From: Marsupella aquatica
Taxonomy: Eukaryota > Plantae > Marchantiophyta
Assembly (NCBI GenBank): GCA_973895155.1
Contig: OZ316893.1
Location: forward strand, 8,867,839-8,931,838
Length of the DNA: 64,000 nt
Direction of reading: 5' to 3'
Shown: one piece after another, positions 32,501-45,989 of the stretch
Layout: every line of letters begins with the position of its first letter
Numbering within the stretch: the stretch's first letter is position 1
Program-made: the position numbers and the translations under genes
Notes under the pieces: model-generated
Database searches by the model: none
Seen by the model: only the letters and a program-made list of their open reading frames with translations
Told to the model about the DNA's origin: nothing

Positions 32501-33526
32501 GAAGAGTATTGTACCATCTGCAACTGACGGAGACGAGTATGATGCGAAGGAGTTCTTGAGTGAGGCGCATACTCTTGCTCAGTTACGTCACCGCAATATC
32601 ATCAAGGTTATCGGGTTGTACTCTAGCAAGGATGTCAGGGCCATCTTGCTGGAATACATGCCCAAGGGGAGTTTACATGCAAACCTGCATGGAAATGCCC
32701 CGTGTGAGTTGACTTGGGCAGAAAGATTCAGGATACTGTTGGGTGTGACCCATGGGATGGTGTACCTTCACCACGAATTTCCAGATCCCATCATCCAGAG
32801 AGATTTGAAGCCCAGCAACATACTTCTGGATGCAGATTTGGAACCAAAACTCTGTGACTTCGGCATTTCCAAATTTGTGGTATATGACAGCGGGGACAAC
32901 GGGGAAGTGTCTGCCTCGACCATTTGTGGCACGTTTGGCTACATGCCCCCAGGTAAGTGTGCTCTACAAATTAGCTTTTAGTCTTGTACTCTATTCTACC
33001 CACACCAGTATTTATGCTTTTGGTGCTCTCCTAATCAACACAGGTTTCATCTGCTTAGACACGTATTAACGGTTTCTGCTTATTGTGACGACTTCAAAGG
33101 AGCACTAGAAATGTAATTTAAGATTTTCTTCAATGTCACTCTTGATCTTCGCGTCTTTCTATTTTTCGTTTTTCATGATGTATTGTGTGACGCTTTTGTT
33201 TACCAGAATACGGGACCGGTACAAGAGTCAGCACCAAAGGAGATGTTTATAGCTTTGGAGTGGTTCTTCTGGAACTCTTGACTGCAAAGGCAGTTACCCA
33301 AACTCAAAGCATGACCATTTCTGGCCAAGATGAGGGTCTAGTGAGTGTAGTGCAAAGCTGGTTTCAAGAGACGGATATTACACCTGGAACAACACCACTA
33401 GACATCCTTAACCCAACTCTCAAAAGTGAGGGTGCTAGTGATGTCATTCTTAGGCAGAAAATGATATTAACTTTACAGTTAGGCCTTTTTTGCACGAGGA
33501 TGGTCCCTGAAAAAGTCCGTCCATGA
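29595..33526 (+). CDS. LRR receptor-like kinase, copy 1 (FLS2/EFR-like layout); exons 29595-32952 and 33207-33526; possibly pseudogenising
   Basis: Signal peptide, LRRNT (CxWxGVxC), about 29 plant LRRs, GNPGLCG cap, TM, kinase. GT-AG intron at YMPP|EY. QRDLKPSN replaces HRD. 1-bp loss near 33515 relative to copy 2. Confidence 0.92.
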
Positions 33527-34413
33527 ATATTGTGCTTGATTTCTTACTGGAAATTGAAAAGATGGGTCAGGAAGCCGTATTTGAAAGAAGTTTAGATTAC
33601 CTTCTCAAGGAAGATATTCCATTTCCTGAAACCAGACCTTGAAATTCTCAGTACTCATTCAGAATGAGATTGAAATGTAGTAAATTATATTTTTTAAGTG
33701 TTGCCAATAGCAAAAGAGCTTTTAAATGTTGTATTTATCTCCTGTCGGTGATGATGGAGGGTGGTTGAGATCTCAAAGCGAAGAGAGGAAAGCTGCATGA
33801 TTCGTCACTTATGATGCCACATCCATCTCTAAGAAAGTCCAGTTCCATCAATGTCTATAATAGAGATATTTTCAATCAAGTCCTTCGAGGTTATTTCCCG
33901 GAGTGATATTCAATGTCGATTGTGATCGGCACCTCGTTAGAGAGCTCTAGTTCATTTTCCCGTATAGACAAATTTGGCCAGTCATTAGTGTTCTTGGCCG
34001 GTCATAGTTTCAGCTGTAATGTAGATGGGAAGGAATGTCGGTTCTAATGGAAGTGCTGAGTGAGCGCCTCAGTCACTTTGATTTAGTGACCAAAAATATC
34101 TTACATTTCAGTTTTTTGGCCTTGTCCAATCGTACTCCCGGCGATGACCAAGATGACAATATATCATGGCCGCTATTGGCATCAGCATCATGACAATATC
34201 AACTTAGAAGGAGCGAGCGAACCTTCTGCCTTGCAACCTCTCTCAGAGATTGTATCTAGCAGACTTATCAGTCTTGCGAACGTTCAGGGAATCTTCTCAT
34301 GATGGCCATTTTAGGATATTAACGAGACAGCGGAGAAGTCATAGCCTCATGCCCATTGAAACCAGGATGGAACGTTACAGGCGTCAAGTTAATTTTTGTT
34401 GTGCGTTACAGAT

Positions 34414-35024
34414 AGACAGCTTACACGTGTGACAAAAAAGGGTAAGGAAGAAAATTAGAGCGCCAGACAGACCATAAAGGACTTTCAACCTATGCTGTGA
34501 CTTCGGTGGGAACATGTTGGTTGTAATCACCCTTTTTGGCACCACAGGCAGTTGCCTAATGCTGCACCAGTGGCTTCCTATCGAGAAGAAAAATTTCCTT
34601 TTCGCAAACCCTGGACGGCTGTTGTCCGACGTAAACCTACCCATTCCGTGGCAGGTTGGCAACGATCAAGATATCAATAAAGGCCTCAGCTAACCGCATC
34701 GTTTATCCGCATGGTTGTATCTCATACGGTAGTTCGATCTAATTAAATCACTCTTCATGGCCAACTATAAACAGACCCCGAAACAGACCAATGAGAAAAT
34801 ACGGCTAACTCTAAACTGTGGGCTCAACTACACAACGCTGGTGCGACAAGACAGTTCGAAGTCATCAGTCCTCCAAGGTGAAGGCTAATGATCATCACGG
34901 ATTTGAGTTGCAGATTAACCATAATAAACCTCTCTTATCAGATACCTTCGACTAAGAGGGCACTCAAAATGAAAAGAGGTTCTCTTCATTAATGACCTAC
35001 TATAGGCCTCGAGACGACAAAGGT
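34414..35024. repeat. Segmental duplicate of 48439-49032 (downstream part of the RLK tandem unit)
   Basis: Colinear high similarity, e.g. atgctgcaccagtggcttcctatcgagaag, cccattccgtggcaggttggcaa, taggcctcgagacgacaaaggt. Confidence 0.9.
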
Positions 35025-35063
35025 ACCCGCAGCGGGAACTAGCCTCATCACGCTCGAAATTGC

Positions 35064-35190
35064 CCATTCATGAATGTTGTGCTTGAGGACTTATATACTT
35101 GAAATTGAAAAGATAAGTCAGGGATCCTTCATTGAAAGAACTTTATTGTATCTTCTCAATTCTCACTCATTCACTCGAGATTGAGATAAA
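35064..35190 (+). pseudogene. Relic 3' end of a third LRR-RLK copy
   Basis: catgaatgttgtgcttga...gaaattgaaaagat...gtcagg...ttgaaagaa...cttctcaa parallels 33522-33609 of copy 1. Confidence 0.6.
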
Positions 35191-35618
35191 TAATACATTG
35201 TTGTCAAGACCACAGCTGCTTTGTTATGTTGTGCTTCATTCGGAGTGTCGTTTTGACGGAGATTATCCTAGAAATGTCCATCTCAATGTCCTAGAGATAT
35301 GGGCAATTATGATCAGGAGTATCAACGAGAAAAATGCACATGGAAGTACGTGAAGAGAACACACGTAAAGAACTCAATGCTGTGAGAATTGGAGACAGAA
35401 AATAGTAAACATTGAGTCCATGAGTTCCAGTGAATATGTTTCGAATCCTCTATTGAATATTGAACTCTGAGTTCCCTGAGAAACAAAATCAGACATAAGT
35501 ACATCACCCAGGAGCATTACTAAAGCTAGTTTGAATTCTCAACTGGATAGACATGAGGATTGAGCATCCACTAGACAGGAGCAGGGAGAGCAGAGCACAA
35601 CACGTGTTGGGTCCCCGC

Positions 35619-37112
35619 TGTCAAAACACCCCGCGTTTTTTTACATGTAAGGACAGTAAGCGGTGCAGGAAAATCAGAATTTAAAGACAGAAAGAGTGTC
35701 GAGCAAAGAACAGTAAAGGGACAGAAAACACTTTCACACACCCCCCGGATCGACGATCTTCTGTATGTTTGGTGCAGAAGGAAACAAAACCAGACCAAGG
35801 AGTTCAATGAACCGTTAGAAACGTATCCCAGCAAGTGGTTTTGTTAAACCATCAGCAGGCATAATTTCAGTAGACAAATACTTGATCTGCACATGCCCTT
35901 GGCGAACCTGTTCACGTACGTAATGCCACTGAAATTCAATGTGTTTGGTCCAAGTGTGATGCTCAGGATTGATGGTTAACGCAATTGCTGGTTTATTATC
36001 ACCATAGATCACAACCGTCGTAATGTCTGAAGTGCAAAGATCGAGCTGCTGTAGAAGTTGCCGCAACCAGATAGCTTCCTTGCAAGCAATTGAGTAGGCA
36101 ACGTATTCAGCCTTGGTACTGCTGGTGGTGATGATTGGCTGCTTCCGAGATTTCCAGCTGATGGCGCCACCTGCTAATTTGAAGAGATAACCGGATGTAG
36201 ACTTTAGATTGGACATTGGCTGCTTCCGAGATTTCCAGCTGATGGCGCCACCTGTTAATTTGAAGAGATAACCGGATGTAGACTTTCGATCCATTGGCTG
36301 CTTCCGAGATTTCCAGCTGATGGCGCCACCTGCTAATTTGAAGAGATAACCGGATGTAGACTTTCGATCCACACTGTTATCAGCGAAAGATGCATCACAA
36401 TAGCCCTGAAAATTCATTGAATGAATTTCAATGCCAGGAGAAGAAACAGCTTCATACTGGCCAAGCCGAGAAAAACGCTCAGAAAGATCAGGTCTCGTCC
36501 ATACTGCAAGGTACATGATAGAGCCAATCATGGCTTGATACAACTGCTTCTGATCATGTGTAGCAGGGATTTCACTTGGGAGCAGGCGATCAGTGCTGCT
36601 AGAAGGAGCAGACAGAGGAAGAGCCATATGAAAACGAGAAAGAACCTTAAGAGCATATTTCTGTTGGGCAAGGTAAAGGACACCTTGGCTACGATCACGA
36701 TAGATGGCAAGCCCTAAATACTCAGTGAGATCTCCGAGCTCATGAACCTCATACTTGGAGGAGAGGATGGACTTCATAGACGCAGTGCCGCTAAGAGTTT
36801 TGAAACGGTGATAATATCATCCACCCGTAAGACAATAAGATAGCCATCAGAATTCTTAAGAACACAAGGATCTGAGGGTAAAGGAAAGAAGCCCTGCAAA
36901 GCTAAGTATGCAGTGATTTCGATGTACCAAAGACGTGGAGACTGGCGCAAGCCATACAGAGCTCGTAAAAGCAGCCAAACAAGAAGCTGGCCAAGATGAT
37001 CGTAGGTTTGATAGCCAGGAGGTGGTCGAACATAGATTGGAGCTTGACCAGCCATTAGAGCATTTAAAAAAACTATAACAATGTCATAACACTTAGCCTC
37101 AAGATTTAACAT
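35619..37112 (-). mobile_element. 5'-truncated Ty1/copia fragment: RT-RNase H, PPT and a short (~120-bp) 3' LTR
   Basis: LYGLRQSPRLW, RVDDI (YVDD position), TRPDL, GYCDASFA, DNKPAI, TKHI, MPADGLTKPL. G-tract PPT at 35741-35746, then TG...CA (about 35738-35619). Frameshift near 36775. Confidence 0.88.
36134..36371 (-). repeat. In-frame tandem triplication (81/78 bp) in the copia RNase H region
   Basis: KSTSGYLFKL(A/T)GGAISWKSRKQP x3; units start at 36134, 36215 and 36293. Confidence 0.95.
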
Positions 37113-40100
37113 CTATATTTTTTATGGTTTTCTAGCTAGCAGTTCATTTCAGTGCTTAGCCCTTGTCCAAAACTATTTTGAAAAATACGCAAGAATTAGT
37201 GTTACTTTGGATTGATCTCCATTTTTTACTAGCAATTTAAACAAAAGTGAAAAAAAACTATTATGAAAAACTAGCAAAAATGATTGTTACTTGGACTGAA
37301 AATCACTTTCACAAAAATTAACCCTAAACACTAATTTTGCACTAACGCTAATTCTTGCATATCATGAATTGCGATGGACAATGTAGTTCAGCCAATAATG
37401 TTGATCGAAGCGGCTTCTTTCTGTTTCATCCAATAAAGCTACTACTCAAATCACTCGGCAACATATATATACATATATATCACAGTGTCAACTTGCAAAA
37501 ACTCCATACTTTTTCTATAATCAATAACTACAGTAGCTACTACAATCTTGATTATAGCATGTTCATCCTCGAACATGGTTTTTTTTGTCTTGTAGTGATA
37601 TGTAATGAATTTAATTTATTTTATGATAAAAGAAGTAGGTATATGTAAAGTGTATACCAAGAACTTAATTGTTAATGAAGAGTGAGTGACATAACACACA
37701 AAAATATAAGTACACATGCAAAGAAAAACACACAAATTTTCATTTGCTTCTAGGTAATGATAGTCAACTCAATTAAACTAAGGAGATCACAAGGGGAACT
37801 TAGTACAGCATATGTGCACATTGTTCAAATTCATTTCTCTCACTCTCATGAGAAAAAAGAGAATTCACTAAGGAGTGATTCAAAATGAAAGATTAACATT
37901 TATGAGGGGAGCCAAATACATTCAAAATACTCTAAGTTAACTAAAATTTAAATCAAGGGGTCCAAAAGTTAATTCAAAATGAACCTAATACAAATGATTC
38001 ACCTTGTTGAGGCACATTAAGGCACATTAAAATCAAAATAGTGACAGAAAATCTGAATAAGATCAAATGTGAAAGGTGTATTCACCATAACCAATAACTA
38101 CAGTAGCTACTACAGTCTCGACTACAGTGAATTGCTTGCAAGCTTGCAATTAGGTATATAAGTTTAGCTTGAAATGAAAAGGACTACAGTAAATTGCGAG
38201 CAATTGGGTGTACGCTTTTCGCTTGAACTGAAAAGCTACTTTACTCAAGACTATAATAATTACTCTATCACTACACTACAAGAAACTGAGGAACGTGATT
38301 CTCCAATAGAGTATATACTTTTTGCTTGAAATGAAAAGCTGCCTACTCAACACTACAATAATTACTCCCTACACTACAGGAAAGTGATTCTCCCATGAAC
38401 AAGTCAGTGAACCATGCCACCCCCATGGACCATGTCACCTCCACTCATTGACATCCTTTGGTCAATATAGAAAGTTTGACCTTCCATATCTCCCTTTATA
38501 CCCAGCCAAATTGGCTCTTGGCTCTAACTTCTTGGGCTGGTTAAAAGCACCTTGGAAATATCTTTCTAACAGGTCTTATATTTCTAGTTTGCATGAAGAA
38601 TTGAGAGGGTCAACATGAATTTCTAAAAACCACTTCAACACTCATTGTCCACACTTTAGGCTCTGACAGTTTTATAGTAGCTAACTTTGACATTCAATCT
38701 GCCCCTCAATATGCAATGGAAACTTATTTTCTTGGGTTCATTAGAATACGCATGGAAAGATCTTTCTTATGAGCCTTATGTAGTCAAACTTCATTGAGAT
38801 TTGAGAGAATTGCAAATTTTATGAGAAATTTTCAAAGATGACTGTCTATCCCACTGTCATTGCTGGCATGAGAGAACTTTTTTTGCCTTGAAATGCAATT
38901 TTTACGGAACAATGCCCAAGCAAAGTGAGGGCTCAAGAGCTCTAGGCTGTTTGTTGTTGTGTGCAGGGAGAAACAATGGGTGAACGGGGAATTTGGGGTG
39001 CCAAGGGAAACAGCTGCTGTGCAAGAGAAACAAAGGGCGAGAACATTGATAGGTGAGAAGGGAAACAATCAGAAGTGAAATGTCCATGCAAGGCCCTAGG
39101 GTAACAGGGAAGATTGCACGGTGACAGGGGAACAGCCACCCTGTTGATAATTCACACATCAAAATATGATAATATACGGTGTGCACTCATTGATATAAAG
39201 AAAATAACAAGATTTATCATGGTATGGAGGGATGTCATACACCATATATGTCATATTATGGAGTTACCAGACCCAGCAAGCAAAATGTCTAAAGCAAAAG
39301 TAAGTTTGTATGATGTGCATCTAAAATAAGACATCAGGGTAGTACACTTTTCATCAGGTCTTGGGGGGACTAACATTAAATATCAAACTCACTAGAGAGA
39401 TTTGACTCATCCCTCGTACTACTCTTTCATGATGTCATGTCCATAAACAATGAACTTGTTTTTGAGGTCAAACATTGCCCCCCGTAAGTCTTCCTTTGCC
39501 TAAAGCTAGAGTTGTGTATATACAAAAAGCGCCAAACCAGGTGATTGGATCCCAAAGGCAGGACCGAGACTAATAAAGGAGGTCAAACAAGTTAAAAATC
39601 AAAGGAGACCAAAGAGTCAAAAAGCCTGCCAATCTCCTACTAGAGCAAAGTTAGAGAACTTACTAAAGCACTAATGAACAATACACTGAAAAGCATGCAT
39701 GGTAATGCTTCGGAGTCAATGGGGGGTCAGTACGTGGTCATACTGCTCATTCAACCCAATTTATTAAATATAAATAGTCTTACAGTACTTCTTTTGAAAA
39801 AGAAGCAGAAATGTGAGGTTCCTATTTAAGTGATGAGTGAGTGCTTAATCGGTAGTATGATTCATTGGTGCTGTAGGGAAATATTGTCGCTCACATTTGC
39901 AATATATTAGAGATAGATATAGGCATTCAGTGAGCCATGTGATCCTCGCAAAGATAGTAATACTACAGTTTAAAGTGTGATACTACTTCAGCTGGCATAA
40001 ACTAAGTGTCATTATTGATGTTCAACAACTACGGTATCACTACAGTAAGTTATTGTAGTTGGTTGACATCAGATAAATTACTTTCTCTGAGGAATGAAGT

Positions 40101-41854
40101 ATCAAACCTGATTAGACAAACGACTCCTCAATGATGTGAGGTATATGAAAAAGGAACCCTTGTCTAAGGTCAAACATTTGGTGTTAAGCCTTTCCCAGGC
40201 CTACCTAGCGATGCTCACCCCATTTAAATACCAGGCTTGTAAGGAAGGTTTGTAGTCATAATAGGGTCAATGCTAGGGTTGCAACCTTCATGTTTCAATT
40301 GACAATATGATGTAAAACTAGCTCAACACCTGTATGTGGCCTAGCTCTTCGCACAGAAGATGTAGTTGGGTGAAAGATGTCAATTGGGTGAAAGATGTCA
40401 ATGCTTAAAAGATATGTCATTGCAGAAAGGATGTTGTTCTGCCAAAGATGTCACTCTGCAAAATATGTGATTGGGCAAAAGTTTTCATGACCGAATTGAT
40501 GTCATTGTGCCTTGCATTGTGGGAATGATACACATGTATCAAATAGCCAAAGAAGATGCCAAAGTAACCTCAAGATAGGATGGACCCGCAAGGCAGGCGA
40601 CTGGCCAATACAGGTGTGCAAACCAGGGAAAACCCCGGGAAGATAAAAGAGCCCAAAAGTCGAGCAAAAGAACTGTTCTTAAACCTTAGTGAGCACTAAA
40701 CTGAAAAGCCTGGGAAAGTTCTCAATTAGAAAGTATGAGTCTTTATGGCATTGGACCAGCCATTCCCTCTATAATATATATATCATTTGCCAACAAGATA
40801 GAAACGCCAAACAGCTAGACAAGGTCCCAAAGGCAAAAAGACCAAATAAAGCAGCTCAAAGGGGCTCAAAGGAGCTCAGAGTTAAAGTGCACTCCGAATG
40901 TCTTTCACCACTCTCGAGTATTTGAAGTGTATATCAGGCGATGTGACCCTTGTGTCCTCAGCCTCCTCCTTGGATTTGGATTAGTTCTCGCTCCTTATTT
41001 CTGATCTGAGCCCTGGTTAATTTCTTGAAGGCGTCGAGCATTCCGTGTTTCTTTTCTGGAGACTGCTCTGAATTTTGTCCCTCAGTCTCCTCCTACTCAG
41101 ATTCAATTAGTCTCCTCCGAGCAGTGCGCTCGCGACAATGCCTATGTGCTTCGATCACTGCTGATTGCTCAAACTGATGCATGATACTGTGGAAACCAGA
41201 ATGAGGAGAACTTAACGAGAATAAATGTTCGGGAGCTAGCCACGACGATGATTGAGACCGAGAAGAAGAACCAGGTAAGCGTTTGGGCATCCTCTCTGAC
41301 AGCATGAATTTTGTTTGAATTTGGTTTATGTCCATTCCGAGAGTGGTAGAGAGGCCTGTAGCTACAGAATGAAGGAAAACCAAATCTTGTGCTCTGGAGG
41401 CCGTGGCTAGCGTCCTCTCATGTTTTTTGTAATTGCTCTGAAGGACTCGCAATGAGATAGAGTGTTTCGTAACAGTTCGTCGACGCTGTCAGGGATAATG
41501 CTTATTTTCTGTATGATTCTGTTATGATTCTCCTACCATATTTGTCATAATTGGTCTCTCGTTCTCTTAATGACTTTATATTCTACATTGGTGTGCTCAG
41601 GCTGGGCTGTCACGATATTGGCAAGTTTGTGAGGGAAGATTAATTTGGCCCGCCATGGCCGGATATGGGCTGTCTGATCGGTAGAGCCAAGCTTTAAATT
41701 TATCTAAGCAAAGGTACGTTCTTCCGGACGAATTTGTGGTGTGGAGAGGTTCGATCCCAAGCGATACTGACTAAGTAAGAACCAAAGAAAACACGTAGGC
41801 TGTCAGTCAGAGTAAAGAGAAAGAGGTTGTGTATCCATCAGGCTGATTTTCAAG

Positions 41855-44800
41855 ATGGCAGCAGCGATCAGAGCCACCCTTGCGCGGCATCTGATTATCA
41901 CAGTAGTGATCCTAGCCGACGGGCAATGGTGTTTGAGCGCCCCTATCGACAGTGAGAATCATGCTATAGCTTTGAAGAGGATGGCAGGAGCTACTGCTCG
42001 AGGATTCAATCTTGTAGCTACTGGTGCGCCCACCTCTACTCAAAGTCCAACTTCCGACAAGGTATGGATCCGGGGAAAGAGGAGACTCTCGCGTGAACAA
42101 AACGTAGCAATCAACCCCAACAAGTCCACCACGGAAGTCGAAATTCTCATGGCTTTCAAGAGTGAAATCAATTACGATCCGATGGGAGTGCTGGACAGCT
42201 GGCGTGCAAATGACTCTGATCCCTGTGGATGGTCGGGGGTTGGATGTTCTCCGAGCTCCACACATGTCACGACCCTCAATCTGAGCGACCTTCACCTGGA
42301 AGGAACGGTCTCAACCCTCATCGGTCAGCTTCTAAATCTGCAGCATCTGGACCTCTCGCAAAACTATTTGTACGGCTCGATACCAGCTAGTCTTGGAAAC
42401 TGCTCCAATCTGTTGCATTTCAACATCTCCTTCAATGACATGTATGAAGGTATCCCTCCTTGGGTGGGAAATCTTGACAAACTTCAAACTCTGGACTTGT
42501 CCCACAACAGTCTCACTGGACCGATTCCAGAAGCAATAGGCAACTGCTCGGCACTACAATATCTCGATTTAGGTTTGAACATTCTTGGCGGATGCATTCC
42601 TTCTCAATTTGGCGCCTTGTCCAATCTGAACTATCTGAATCTAAGGGACAACTCTCTTTCCGGCTCCGTTCCACCTACTCTGGGTAATTGCAAAGCCCTC
42701 ATTCAGTTGCGGTTGGAGTCCAATTCTGATTTGGGAGGGGAGCTCCCGTTCCAGCTACGAGAGTTGATTCACTTGCAAGGTTTTGCGGCATACGGCTGCA
42801 GCTTCGAGGGGAAATTCCCCATGTGGATATTGAATCTCACGTCACTGCACCTACTAGACCTAGGTGGGAATCGCTTCGCTGGTCAGCTACCTCAGGCTTG
42901 GAGACAATTATCGAATCTTATCATTCTGGGATTGGGTGCCAATTTTTGGGATGGATCTGAGATTCCACACGAGTTAGGTTCACTGACGAATCTGGAAAAA
43001 TTGGACATCGCAAATAGTGGCCTTGTCGGCAAGCTTCGCATATCCATTTTCAATATCACGTCTCTAGAGATTCTTCATTTGTACGAGAACCACTTGACTG
43101 GCGCTATCCCAGATGAAATAGGTTTGATTAGCAACTTGAATGATGTAGATCTTTCTAGTAACAGATTCAGCAGCATACTTCCCTCGTCTTTATCTAATTG
43201 TTCACTCTTACAGTATCTTCAACTTGAAAGTAATCACTTTCGTGGAACTATTCCTGTTCAGCTCCTGGGGAACTTTTACTTCATGCAATACCTTGATTTC
43301 AGTGACAATAAGTTAGGTGGTACCATCCCAGCGGAGATTAGTCAACTTGTCAATCTGCAGCAGCTGTATATGTTTGCAAATCAATTCGTCGGAGCACTTC
43401 CGGATTCCTTGGGTAATTGTACGCAGCTGCTATCTGTGGATTTTTCAAACAACAGACTTACCGGGAGTATTCCTGGGGAAGCTTTCGCAGCGATGTCTTC
43501 TCTGACCACGTTGGATTTATCCAGCAATTTGTTTTCTGGCTCATGGCCATCACAATTTGGTGGACTGCAGAAAATACGGATCATAAATGTGTCCGCCAAC
43601 AACATCTCAGGAGCGATTCCTTTGGGTCTTGGAGGTTGTCTTGTGCTTGAGAGCTTGGATCTCTCTTTCAATCAGTTCTCAGGAGTATTACCTGGAGATC
43701 TTGGATTCATGGTGCAGAGTCTCAGTACCTTCAACGCTTCTTATAACAACTTCAGTGGGCCGATTCCCAGTTCTTTCTGGGCCTATCTTAGTGCGGCTTC
43801 ATTTTTGGGAAATCCTGGCCTCTGTGGAGACATTCTTGGGCCTCAGCGACTCTGTCCAGTTGAAGTAGCTTCGCCAATCACGGGGAACTCCCATCATTGC
43901 AACGGTTTTGAATGTCCCTTAGTGTGGATATCAGTAGTTTCTGCTGTGGCGTTCGTCATAATTCTCTTGGGTGCCTTGTATATCTCCTCTCATCATTATG
44001 GCAAGAAACTCATAATTCTCTTGGGTGCCTTGTATATCTCCTTCCATCGTTATGGCAAGAAAGTAATAATTCTCCTGGGTGCCTTGTACATCTCATCCCA
44101 TCGTTATGAGAAGAAAGATAACGAGGACCTCGAATTAGTAACATTTACCAATGATCCTTCGATGAGGTTCTGTACGAAGTTTGACATACTTTCCGCCATA
44201 GGAGCTGGGGAGGACGCTGCAATTGGACATGGCCCGAAAAGCATTGTGTACAAGGCTAATTTACCTTGTGGTGGGATTATAGCTATCAAAGTTTTGAAGA
44301 GTGTGCCATCTACAATTAACGGAGAGGAGCATGATGCCGAGTTCTTGAGTGAGGCGCATACTCTTGTTGAGTTACGTCACCGCAATATCATCAAGGTTGT
44401 CGGGTTGTACTATAGCAAGGATATCAAGGCCTTCTTGCTGGAATACATGCCCAAGGGGAGTTTGCATGCAAACCTGCATGGAAATGCCCCGTGTAAGTTG
44501 ACTTGGGCAGAAAGATTCAGGATACTGTTGGGTGTGACCCATGGGATGGTGTACCTTCACCACGAATTTCCAGATCCCATCATCCATAGAGATTTGAAGC
44601 CCAGCAACATACTTCTGGATGCAGATTTGGAACCAAAACTCTGCGACTTCGGCATTTCCAAATTTGTGGCATACGACCACGGGGACCACGGGGAAGTGTC
44701 TGCCTCAAGCATTTGTGGCACGTTTGGCTACATGCCCCCAGGTGAGTGTGTTCTGTGGTTTCAATGTGCTGAATGTATGTAGTAAGGCAGTCTGTCCTGT

Positions 44801-45876
44801 TTCCACGAAAAGGGGGCATTGGCTTGAGTTTTAAGGGGCTATTATTGCCCACTGTGCACTCTTAACAGGGCATTCATACACTCAAGAGATTTTTTGTTTC
44901 TACCATTTTTAGGAAATGTAAAGGTCGGAGAAGTTTCATAAATCCCCGATCAAAATGTGGAGGGTAAATTCTTCTCCATGACAACGAGAAAAGCATCAAG
45001 GATGAGAATGGTGGTAGCCTTTGTTTATTCCTTCAACTGAAATCCAGATAGACCTCAATGTCTGCCAAAATACTCTGATAAACTTTGGAACCAGGATGGA
45101 ATGCAGCCAAACTCCCTTTTCAACTAGTGTTTCAAGGCCAGCATTATACTGGTACACTTGAGATGTTTAAACCCAGACAGACACTGCCCGTTATTTGCTT
45201 TGTCTGCTGATTGTGGGCATTAATTCGAGCCCTGGCAGCTTCCTGATAGCATTACATCCATACATTGCTGTGTGCATTGAGATTTTACGTACCATACATT
45301 TCATCTATTCATACACGTGAAGTTGTCTGCTTATTGTGGCGCATTGAAAGGTCTTGTTGTTGATCTTTGACTGTGTTGGTCTCTTTAACACCTTTACCCT
45401 GATGCTTTGGTTATCCAGAATATGGGACAGCTACAAGAGCCAGCACCAAAGGAGATGTTTACAGCTTTGGAGTGGTTCTTCTTGAGCTCTTGACCGCAAA
45501 AGCAGTTGCATCAACTGAAAGCATGACCACCACTGGCCAAGATGAGGGTCTAGTGGACAGAGTGCAACGCAGTTTTCAAAAGTCACCAATTACACTTGGA
45601 ATGCCACCACTCGAGGTCCTTGACCCAAGTCTTAGAATTGAGGCTGCTAGCGATGACATCATTAGGCAGAAAATTGTGCTAACTTTGCAGGTAGGCCTCT
45701 TTTGCACGAGGGTGGTGCCTCGAAGTCGACCATCCATGAATGATGTTCTTGAGTTCTTACTTGAAATTGAGAAGTTAGGTCAGAGAGCTGCCATCGAAAA
45801 GTCTTTAGGTGACCTTATGAAGGAAGATGTTCATCTTCCTAAACCAGACCATGAACTTCTCACTTGTTCAGACTGA
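41855..45876 (+). CDS. LRR receptor-like kinase, copy 2, 1,114 aa; exons 41855-44741 and 45419-45876
   Basis: Same layout as copy 1 with about 21 LRRs. Intact HRDLKPSN, DFG, DVYSFG and SRPSM. GT-AG intron at YMPP|EY. Confidence 0.95.
43958..44119 (+). repeat. 54-bp x3 in-frame repeat at the TM/juxtamembrane junction of RLK copy 2
   Basis: IILLGALYISxHxYxKK units start at 43958, 44012 and 44066; copy 1 has one unit. Confidence 0.95.
44786..45190. mobile_element. Putative Tourist/Harbinger-like MITE in the intron of RLK copy 2
   Basis: Imperfect ends ggcagtctgtc / gacagacactgcc with taa/tta flanks. Size roughly equals the intron length difference (677 vs 254 bp). Confidence 0.4.
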
Positions 45877-45989
45877 GATTGAAATCTGTACATATTTCTT
45901 TGTAAACAGCAAAGCTGCTTCGTAGTGTTGTGTTTGTTTCCGACCTGTGCTTTTGATGGAGATTGGTAGAGACGGTGATTTTCCCGGGT

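Noticed and set aside
37113-40930. AT-rich region with scattered short repeats, probably old TE debris
   Set aside because: No TIR/TSD pair, LTR pair or coding motif could be established.
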